A DNA stretch of 54,848 bases from Bigelowiella natans CCMP2755. Lineage: Eukaryota > Protista > Cercozoa. The translations under genes and the position numbers were made by a program. Position 1 is the stretch's first letter. Every line of letters starts with the position of its first letter. The notes beneath the pieces were generated by a model. It worked only from the letters and a program-made list of their open reading frames with translations, did no database searches and was not told the DNA's origin. Shown here piece by piece: positions 1-10,412 of the stretch. The DNA lies in NCBI GenBank assembly GCA_000320545.1, contig ADNK01000410.1, forward strand, positions 1 to 54,848, read 5' to 3'.

Positions 1-99
1 GATGATGATGATGGCCGCCATATTCAGATTTTGGAGGAGCAGCATATCCTTCATGCACAGTGAGAGTTTGCATGGATACTCCAATTTCTTTTACAGCAA

Positions 100-144
<45 letters not shown>

Positions 145-145
145 G

Positions 146-181
<36 letters not shown>

Positions 182-385
182 GTGCAACGTAAATCGTGAG
201 CCCTTGGTTACCGAAGTGAGGAGGAAATTTGAAAGAGGAGGAGCTAGTGGCCATTACTGACGACGACGACGATGATGATGACATCTTGTTTGAAGCATTT
301 CCGCTATAATTTCGGAGGCTGCTGATGCTGCATAAGTCTAAAGTCCCAGTTGTAGGCGCAATCGATATCACGCAACTGTAACACA

Positions 386-448
<63 letters not shown>

Positions 449-1987
449 GGAGAGAGGAGGAAAGTCAATATCTTCAAGATGATCTTTGTTTTTTGGTTCC
501 TGCTTTTATCTTTCACACTTTCACTCAACAACCTGTATCTTCTGAGTAGCTTCATACGTGTCTTTGAATCGAGATTCGAAAGAGATCCTGAACATTAGAA
601 GAAAAATATTATTTTTCAGGTTCTTCCTTGCTGCTGCTGCTGCTGCTGCTGCTACCCTCTCAACACAATGGCATTAGGAAACGACGATCTTCGCATTTCC
701 AACTCACAATGAAAAGTACAGCTACCTTGTCGATACATGTCCACCTTACGTCTCCCATTACCCTGTTTTTAAGCACATTGGGAATAAGCTAACGAATCAT
801 AGCACTTACACCTGCCACTCTTATTAGTACTGAACACCAACAGCAATATTCTGGTGCTTGAATCGATAAAGAGCGTGTATTATATTGTCACCTATTTTCT
901 CACAAATATCTGACGAATGACCAGAGACAATATACCTGAAGCGCTGCTAGAATTCTCTTCAGAGCTGCCCCTAGCTCGTAATACCTTTGGATAAAGAAAT
1001 CATTGAATTCTAAACCACCGATAACATGCCAAAAATAGTATTTATGTGAGGAAAATTAGAAATGTGGGTTGTTCTGTCTGTTGTCTCTCTATCTGCATGC
1101 ACGCGCCAGGGCACGCAATCAAGATTTATTATCACTCTAAGAGTTCTCCTCCAGCCGCTGCTGCAACTGTCTTGTCCATTTTGCCTGAGGAGTGATATAA
1201 ACGGCACACATCTGAACTATTTTGATGTTGTTGCAATATTCATCTTCGCAGTCTTTTTTTCGCTCAAGAGCTCTATTTATTCGTTGTTCTTCTCTGTCAG
1301 CATTGGTCGCACCCAATTCCTCGACGAGACTTCTCACTGCATCGTTCCGCAGCCTCCCGATCTGCAACACGCCACTCTCCATAAATGATTACGATGGCGA
1401 CCATAATGCAGCAGCAGCAGCAGCAGCAACAACAGCATAAACAACAACCATGGACATTCCAAATCAAACATGAAAGAATTTCTCTGAAAAAGTGGGGGGA
1501 AGCAAACAGTGGGCCGGGTAACTAAGATGTGGTGGCCGTTGGCACTCCTCGTATTCCTACCTCATACATAGACACGGAGAGTTGTTTCAATTTAGCGCTC
1601 ATAGACCCCATCATTAAGAACGACACGATGGAGGAGTCGTATAGCAATGCAATCGCTGTCTTCTGCTTCTTCGCTGGGACTTTTTGCCGTCGTCGATCTA
1701 TCTTGGCGCTAGTAGAAGTCTCTTTCTCTTCGTTGTTTACTACAACTTTGATGATACCACCGCTGCCACTTTTGGAATCGTAATCATTACCATCAACATC
1801 ATCATCATCATCCGCATAGAAGACCCGGTTGGATTCGTCTATTTCGTCTTTTGCATGGAGTAGCTGTTTCCAGGATGCGTGTAAAGGTAAGATCGGCGAA
1901 GAGTCTAGTTGTTGTTGTTGTTGTTGCTGCTGCTTTGTGTAACCCTTATCTGGAGCTGGTGATCTACTACCATCCTGAGCATATTCG

Positions 1988-2025
<38 letters not shown>

Positions 2026-2735
2026 TGAGTGAAAGAGAGAGAGGGGGGGAGGGGGGAGGGGTGGTTAAAAAGGGGTAATAGAGATCTATACCGATGCACA
2101 CACAATCACACGCACACAAACCTGTTTGTCCACTCCCTCTTCCTCCTCCTTTTCTTTCCGCTGCAGCGGAGAAGGAGAAGGAGGCAGTCTCTTCGCAAAT
2201 CCTAGACGGCAATATAAGGCAGCAGCATCCTTTACCAAACGAAGATCTGCATCTAGGATAGAGCTGAGCTCTGACAGCGTGTAGCTTTCCTGGGGGTAGC
2301 AGGATGAAGAAGCAGAAGAAGAAGATGAAGAAGAAGAAGGAGGAGGAGGAGGAGGAGGAGGAGGAGGAGGAAGAGGAGGACTAGACGTGCAGTGATTATT
2401 ATGTTGGCTCGACCACTGTGTCCATCATCCTTCAACACCCATCTCGAAGGGATACAAGCATACATGTCCTACAAACTACTACTACTACTACTGCTACTAC
2501 TACTATTGCTACTACTACTACTGGCAAATCAAAGCGAACATTGCACGTGGCCATCCCTCTCAATTGGTGTATAAACATCATCATGATCATCATGATCATC
2601 ATGATCAGCAACACCAATCCTACTACTAGATAACGCCTCGTATACGTACATCTGCGGTGACGAAGATGTCATACATCAGCCTTTCAAACTGATCTCGATT
2701 CAACCGATTCATCACAAATCCTAAATATATATTGA

Positions 2736-2780
<45 letters not shown>

Positions 2781-3967
2781 GATATATATTTCTCTTCTTA
2801 ATGCTTGCATGTTCTTTCGCGTAATCCACCATAAACAGAGCGACAACATGTCGCCGCCGCAGCCAAAATTCTCTCATTCGAAACGTCGTTTTTGGCGACA
2901 AGAAGCCGGCAATCTTAGGCTGCACCTTCCAAAGGCGGAATTGTAATTCTGTCGTCTCCCTTCAACACCACCTGCAAAAGTCACCAATTGCATTCAAAAG
3001 ATGACAGTGCACACATCCTCAGGAGCAGCTTCTTTCTACTCCTGCTGCTGCTACTACGACGAAAGACATTATAGAGTGCAACAGCTGCAGCAGCACCTCA
3101 AACCACAACAGCCCATTCGCATATAGGTGTTGAATCGACTCCCTGTCAAAAACGCCTGAAGATATAGCAGTAACGTCAATGGTGACGACGACGATAATGA
3201 TCTTTGTCGTTCTTATCATAGTAGAATGATCTTGGCGGGGTATGATGATGATGGTGATCATAACTGAGTGCTGGAATAATGGTGGGTGCTGTCCCATAAT
3301 GTTCTTGAATCAAGATATATCATAAATCTTGCAATAAAAAGATTTAACTATGACTCCTCCATCATCACAACCTGCAAGCACCCCCCTTGGGCTACTGCTG
3401 CTGCTACCCTCCCCCTTTCTTCCAGAATTGTTTTTTTCCTCGTGTGTTGTTAGGTGACGCTGTCGTCGAGCTTCCTTCATAATCTGCAGCAGCACCTTGA
3501 TATATAGCAACGGCAGGCTGTTGATTAGCATGTATATATGCTTTCCACAGAAGAAGATGCAGCCGGGAGCAGCTCTAATACAACGAGTGCAACATCACTA
3601 CCCACCTTCTTCTCAGGAAAAGATTTGGAAGATCGCTTGAGGCATATCTCGGCGTGCTTGTAGTCGAGAATGCTCACGTACCACCTAAACAGCGATTACC
3701 ACAAACATGAGAATAAAAAGGCCTCTCTTCGCTTGATCACAGGACAACAGGACGATTGACTTCTCTCACGAACAAATAATAACCAATCGGTGTCTTTCCC
3801 CTATTGCTTTGGTGTGAGAATTGTGAGAGTCCGCGCGAGAGTTTTTTTCGAGAGTATTTGAATGATCATTCAAGTTCATTTAAAAGAATACGGAATTATC
3901 TAATTACCAGTGTTGTACGTCTATAAGTGTTGAGACTTCGAAATTGTCCCTTTCTGATTACATTCAC

Positions 3968-4032
<65 letters not shown>

Positions 4033-4153
4033 ATATATCTACTTCTACATCTGAAGTAAGGTTAATGATCATCTGAGTAATTACCCCTGTTTTCGTCATC
4101 TTGGGGGGCCTTGATTGAATCCTTTTGCCTCTTCTCAGATGACCCGAAAGGTA

Positions 4154-4184
<31 letters not shown>

Positions 4185-4552
4185 CCTTGGCGGCATAAAC
4201 CTCGCTATTACATTTGATCGTTTGGGGTGGCGACTCCACTGAGACTCTTGTTTGCAACGGTTAGCTCTACGATAAGATCATTCACTTCTCAATTCAAGAA
4301 CAAATTCGGAGTGTGTTCTTTTTTGGTTGTTCTTCTGTGGGATTAGTATTCTCCTGACATTTGGATGTATTCGTTGCGGTCGATGCTGAGCAGCCTCACA
4401 ACGTCGCGTGCCGTGAAGCTTGGAATCTAACAATGCCGTTCACCCAGAACACACGCAGGAGACGCACGAAATTCTCAACATATTCAAATATAGCACCATT
4501 TCCATGTTTATCATATTTACTTTAACTTTACACTCAAGATCCTCTGTAACTG

Positions 4553-4633
<81 letters not shown>

Positions 4634-5835
4634 AGAGAGAGAAGGGGGGGGGAGGGGCAGAACAATTTGGATATATTCCTACCTCATCAAAACTTTTTTC
4701 CGATTCAAGAGCAGTGGCAATCAAGTTCCAGTAATATCGACGGCTTACAATATTAAAGGCATGGAAAGGGTGGGGGGTTGAGTATGATGATAATGATCGG
4801 AACATTCAAGAAGATTAGCAAAAGATTTATAGACGTGATCATCGTGCTGTTGCAGCACTGACCTATTTCTCTTCACAATTACCAACCGAATTTGTACTAT
4901 TTACTACCTGGAAACCCGAAGTAAGTCGATAACATCCCTCTGATAGTGGTAGGGGTAAGGCATCATCTTGTATCGAAACGCCTCCAGAGCCCTTGGAGAG
5001 GTAAACATAATACAAATCATACAAATTATATCGAAAATATAAACATTCACGCGTCGTCCGTCATAAGACAATATTTTGTGGGAGAATGGCAAGTCCATCG
5101 ACAGACAGGCGGAGTAATATGATGATGCTGGATTCCCTACTTTTCATAGAATTTCCTCTTCTTGATGATCATGTTTGGATGATGTGGCACGTGGAGTTGG
5201 AGTGCCCCTAATTTAATCATGAGAATATGATCAATTCTCACCCTCATTTATATACAAGTTTGATTTAGAATTCGAAAGATGTGCGAGGAGTGGAGCAAAG
5301 ACAGACTTATTGTTTTTTATCTGATCATTTCTATAGACTACGACATGGGATCCGAAGTCTTTCCCATCGCTCCTCCGTCCCTAATTGCTGACTGTACTTC
5401 TTCCGAACGCCAGTAGGAATATCTCCCCATGCTGTGCGAGAAGATGAAGAAGAAGTTTGACGACAAAGCACTAAATTAATGCCTCATTAAGCCGACCAAA
5501 AAATGCCTACGGGTGTCTCATAGACACCATTACTGCCTTTAATCGATTTCTTAATTCATCACACCTTTCTGCTGTTTCACAAGCTCCAGAACTAAGCTTA
5601 GGCCTGTGCTTCCGCTCTCCCTGCGATTGAATGAGGACTTTGGTGGTGGTGCTGCTGGTGGTGGAGTCACAAGTACATTTCTGCGGGAAACAACCTTTTT
5701 GAGGAACTCATTCGAGCGAATGAGACCCTTGGCGAGCAAATCGATCTCCTCACCAAAAAGCAGGCTCTAGACGGCGACACCACACACAAGAACGAATGAC
5801 TCAATAGGCAAAATCACATTCGAATAGTCTCGCAT
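1..5835 (-). CDS. Large multi-exon hypothetical protein, running off the left edge of the window
   Basis: Minus-strand exons flanked by GT/AG join in frame, e.g. MRDYSN|SLLFGEEIDLLAKGLIRSNEFLKK, MNRLNRDQFERLMYDIFVTADVRIRG, MESGVLQIGRLRNDAVRSLVEELG and KLEYPCKLSLCMKDMLLLQ. No family recognised. The start codon and the assumption of a single gene are uncertain. Confidence 0.6.
103..176. repeat. Compound intronic microsatellite (TC)n...(TG)n
   Basis: Directly visible; representative of dozens of similar tracts in the window. Confidence 0.95.
381..439. repeat. Compound microsatellite (AC)n(AG)n
   Basis: Directly visible; the same compound form recurs near 7190-7247 and 28062-28150. Confidence 0.95.
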
Positions 5836-6069
5836 CAAGCTAGGGTATACATCTCATTGATGTCGCGTGTATAGTGATCAATAACTGTTGCTGTTCCATT
5901 TGTTTCTTACCGCCTAAACTATTCCTGTGGCTGCTGTAGCACCCTTCCCCTAAATTTCCGTCATGCATTGCTCCGTTGCTTTTTTTGTACCGGTGTTTGC
6001 ATCAGTATTCCTTGTATATTAATACGAGTTTCTTTAGAATTCATCTGTTCACATCAATTGCAAGCATAA

Positions 6070-6142
6070 GGTCTTGTAGTGTAGTTGGTTAGCACGGCAG
6101 GTTTTGATCCTGCAGTCCGGGGTTCGAATCCCCGCGAGACCT
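6070..6142 (+). tRNA. tRNA-Gln (anticodon UUG)
   Basis: Full cloverleaf: acceptor GGTCTTG/CGAGACC, D arm GTGT-AGTTGGTTA-GCAC, anticodon arm GCAGG-TT(TTG)AT-CCTGC, T arm CGGGG-TTCGAAT-CCCCG. A T5 run at about 6150 fits a Pol III terminator. Confidence 0.95.
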
Positions 6143-6747
6143 CATGTCATTTTTGCTATGTCATTTTTGCTTCTCCAGTTACCCTTTTTTTGTAAAAACG
6201 CGACAGAACACTCCGCGGAACGGCATCTTATTATGAAAAACGACATGAAATACATGAGGCCGTATGGTAAAATGTACCTGTATTTCGCCGAAACATCTGC
6301 CATACCACATGGCCAGGATGTGTTGAAATTTGCCTTATTTTTGATTAGAAAGTTGTTCCTTCGATGCATATTTGCCAGAAATAGGTCAATTATCACAATC
6401 AAAATATCTGGCTTAGAGGTACGACATTAGAGTTCCAACGCAGGAAGGTATGAGATAGCGACATACTTTAAATTTTGAAAAATTACCCAAAAGGCTCTAC
6501 GGGTTTCTCACTATCCATCGCGCACGGTAGCGAATTGGGGGAAGGCATCAACTTTCCTTCCTTTCTTGTACCATTGCTTGCACCCCTACGTTTGTATATG
6601 TCCTCCGAAACTTGATTGTACAAAGAATGAAGACTTTTTTTTGCACGGAGAAAACACGCTGTCATGTTTCTGCATTTATTTTTTATTGCGGATCCTCATG
6701 TTTTCGTGTAATTATGTGTTGTAGGAGGAGTTCAGTAAGAAGCAACC

Positions 6748-6992
6748 ATGTCTGACGGTATCGAATTTCGCGAAAAGCATCCAATATGAATTGACATTTA
6801 TGTTAGCAAAATCATTCAAGATGTACTTACGAATTGTTCCATCACGTGTGCACTGTTCCTCGCTCACGTAATTATGAATTGTTCCTTACATGTGAACTGT
6901 TCTTCGCTCAGTTAAGAAACCCGATATGAAGCAAGTGTTAAAAGGAGCATCCGCTTCTAAATTGAAGTGAGTTTATAAAATACATATAGTGT

Positions 6993-7035
<43 letters not shown>

Positions 7036-7196
7036 GATTATGTGTGTGTGTTTGCGTGCGTGTGATATACACGTTTTCACATATATTAGAGGCATGGATT
7101 TAACACACACACACACACACACACATTTATTTTTATATTATTCTCTTCATATGTATATAAATATATCTGCATTATGTTGCCCTGTCAAAACACACA

Positions 7197-7252
<56 letters not shown>

Positions 7253-7429
7253 GTATGTATAAATGCGCAACATTAAAACTTATAAATTAGATCGGTTGAT
7301 GTTGGTGAGAGTTCTTCGGCCGCCCGAGCTAAGGTAGTATAAGTTGTTGAACCCCTTTGCCCTGCGAATTCGAGCCGATAGTAGTCGTGTATTATTAGCA
7401 CATATAGCACAGCATACGAAGAGAGGAGT

Positions 7430-7481
<52 letters not shown>

Positions 7482-8206
7482 GTTTATGCTTGCTTGCCTT
7501 ATCTTCTCTGTATCAAATAGAGCTGTGATGCGCCAATGTGCTTGAATATGCAGGTGCTCGTCGGTGTTAAAAAGGGAACTAAAGGCCTGAAGTAATACAT
7601 ACACGTATAATACACATCAAAAGAACTTTCTGAATTTTCACATTCTCTCAGGGCTACCCCAACCAGAGAGAGTACAACCGTTTCTCGAATGAAAATTCTC
7701 GGAAATATTCAGGACAAGAAAAAGGTACTTAGATGCGCGTGTTTGCATGTGTGCGTGCGTGTGTGTGGCATACATAAGGATCTGAATATCTTTTTTTTTT
7801 CTCATATCTTCAATTTATTTGTTCCTACAGACGAAGCTCTCCAAGACGCAGGCTCCAGTAATCGATAACATTTCTGATCGCACCAAACTTATGGGAGCTA
7901 TTAAAAGAAAGGTGTGTTCATCGTTTCCGTTTAAGCAAGAAAGATGTATTTCCGTGAAAATATGACGATAGAAAATGAATACGTTTTGATTTTGAAAAAT
8001 AACTATCAGGAAGTTGAATTGGAAGATACTTCGAGCGAACTTGAGCGTGCAGAGAAAAACACAGAATGGGCCACAAAAGCTGCTTGGAAAAAGGTGATTA
8101 ATTTTTTAACAACCAAAGTTCTTATGACGATATTGAGTCTTTGACCCAATGATCCAATGATAATCAGGAGAAAGCCGAGAAGAAAGCCGAGAAGAAGTCG
8201 GAGTAA
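6748..8206 (+). CDS. Small protein with four tandem WH2/thymosin-beta/actobindin-like repeats (putative G-actin binder)
   Basis: Spliced product: MSDVKKPDMKQVLKGASASKLKSVDVGESSSAARAKVLVGVKKGTKGLKATPTRESTTVSRMKILGNIQDKKKTKLSKTQAPVIDNISDRTKLMGAIKRKEVELEDTSSELERAEKNTEWATKAAWKKEKAEKKAEKKSE*. All introns are GT-AG. Confidence 0.7.
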
Positions 8207-8309
8207 AGACAAAGCATTTGCAAAATTTCTATCGGACAATATCTTTCTTTACATTTATAGCACGCAGTAAGAATGTACACTCTGTCTTTTCATGCAGGAT
8301 GAATCTAAC

Positions 8310-8920
8310 CACCACCTAGAGTAGCACTATGTTGCATACTCTGATCAGTGATGCATATACATAGCAGCAAGTTATTGCATAGCATGGAACATCCGATTCA
8401 GACACTTGTAGTGCATGCTTGCTATTCAGCGTAGCATGTAAGCTAGTCAGAGCTAATAGCGAGCATGAGCTTGCCTATGCATGCAATGTGAAACAAGCTC
8501 ATGTTGTCATTTGACACTGTTGTACACACGCGCATGTGCGAGCCTGTGCCGTGATGCGATGTGTCACTTGCGCATGTATGCGCTTGCGCTTAATTGCCGC
8601 AGGTTGACTGGTGTATATACACCAGTAATTAAAAGCGATGCAATAATTACTGGTGTATATACACCAGTGGTTGCATACATGGAACAGCTCATATTGCTGT
8701 TGAAATGATTTTATCACTTCATTACATCCGTCTCACTGTTGAAATATGCCAGCTTGTGTACTTGCTTTGGTAGAATTAGTGTTTGATTTCAATTATTTGT
8801 GCATGCTATGTTAACACTGCATGACTGCGTCTACGATACACGTACGCACATGTATGCAGCACTGTTGCATTGTCACAATGAATCGATGCTTCAGCTATGC
8901 TCTGTAACTAGTAGCTAATG
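8310..8920. other. Palindromic-word-rich spacer T1 between convergent genes
   Basis: Dense CTAG/CATG/TGCA/AGCT/GCATGC, few homopolymer runs, no credible ORF. Confidence 0.75.
8607..8668. repeat. Nested inverted repeat: two copies of a perfect 20-bp palindrome forming 25-bp arms
   Basis: ACTGGTGTATATACACCAGT occurs at 8607-8626 and 8649-8668. Arms 8607-8631 and 8644-8668 are exact reverse complements around a 12-nt loop. Confidence 0.95.
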
Positions 8921-9117
8921 TCGTGGTGAATCTGATATTGCTATTCGTAACTCGCAAGACAAGCCTTTCCATTGCAAGGAATCATGTTCTTTCATTCATT
9001 GGCTTCGAAAATGCTGTGGACCTTTTTATCGATAGGAAAATGAATCATCAGCAATTATTAAGCGCACAATTTTCATGCATTGAATAAATTCGAATCTCAA
9101 AACCTTCCAAATTCATT

Positions 9118-10371
9118 CACGCCCTTATTAGCACTGACACCAGAAAATGTACTCTGATTTTTAATAGCAGTGCATTCGCAATTAAACGTTGGCAGTGTAA
9201 AGGATGTGATTTTTTCAGAATGATGAGGCATAAAATATGACATTCGATCGATGAAGAAGTATATATCATATGATGTGGGATAATTTGAAACTTCGATTTA
9301 ATGACCTGGGGTTTTCCAGAAGAGTTCCAAACCGTTATCGGTTTCTGTGAACCCCCACTTGACGATGCGCTGCAGGAAGGGATGCTATTTTTGTTCAGTG
9401 AAAGTTTGTCTCCAAATTGGTACAGTAACGCCTCTTTCCTCTAAGTAAAATAAAATCATTTTGATTAGTACTGTAAATTACAAAATGGGGATAAAAAATG
9501 AACAAGTGAAATGGTGCCGCTTCGGAAATACTTGTGCCTCCTTCTCGACAGCTTGCTTTTTCTCTAATAGCTCCTGTGCTCGTCTGAGTATAGACTCCTT
9601 TCGTCTCGCATTTCTCAGTCCAGTCTCCCTTCTCACAGATTCACCTTTATAGCTTGATTGGTACGAAGCTTGCATGACCTTAAGAACGCAACAATTTGAA
9701 GCTCAAATGATATTCTTTCACATTACTTCAAAATATACACTTGACCAACCTCCTTTTCCTGGTCTTTCGGCAATGCCTTTGGCAAAACTGTCCATTTGTT
9801 AGAATCCATCGTGGATGCTTTGTTCCTCGTTTACACACAAGTTCGAATTATCAGCTGTACTCTGCTAATATGATGAGCTTTCCTCGTGTGAGCGTTGGGA
9901 GTAAGCGTTTCACTACTACTACTCCCTTCGAATCCGAACGCAGGGCAAATTGAACATACGACAATTACTGAAATCTAATCTCGGGAGTGTCTCTTGACGA
10001 ATCCGGTTCAACGAATACGATACTTTTCCCCGCGCTTCTTTGTCATGTCGCAAGTAATAATAACAAGCCGAAGACTTCCCGTGAAATGTGCATCGATATC
10101 TTGGGCAATAAAAATGTGAACATATTTTCTTCTTGATGGAGGGAATGGACATCTTGGCGACGATCGATCGATGGTCAAACAACAGCGGAATACTGACTTA
10201 CTGCTGCTCGTACCGTTCAAACCTGCTGCTTCTGCTTCAAGTACGCCTAATTTGGATGATGGAGGAAACGTTGCTGTGACGAAGAGCTGCCGTTGGAGGA
10301 GCTATGTGGGACCCAACCAAGTCAGGGGCTATATTTAGAACCCGGGATGCGGCCCGTTTCCTTTCCCCCAT
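9118..10371 (-). CDS. Hypothetical protein with Cys motifs, weakly Rpp21/RPR2-like; ends uncertain
   Basis: Exons SIPSIKKKICSHFYCPRYRC...RGK|ISVIVVCSIC, VLPKALPKDQEKEVGQ|VMQASYQ...RRAQELLEKKQAVEKEAQ|RKEALLYQFGDK join through GT-AG introns. Confidence 0.5.
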
Positions 10372-10412
10372 GCCAAAGTTTCATAACTTAGCTGGGGACG
10401 AACAAACACTCC

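Noticed and set aside
51-398. ORFs with CVCVCV, HTHTHT, ERERER or YIYIYI runs throughout the ORF track
   Set aside because: These are translations of intronic dinucleotide microsatellites.
6070-6142. Suppressor tRNA-Gln or reassigned stop codons
   Set aside because: The anticodon is UUG, not UUA/CUA. TAA, TAG and TGA all terminate genes here, and the apparent in-frame stops fall in introns.
7421-7475. Strikingly similar microsatellite lengths (about 30-40 bp) across the window as a biological ruler
   Set aside because: This could be an assembly artefact (repeat collapse near the k-mer size) and cannot be judged without long reads.
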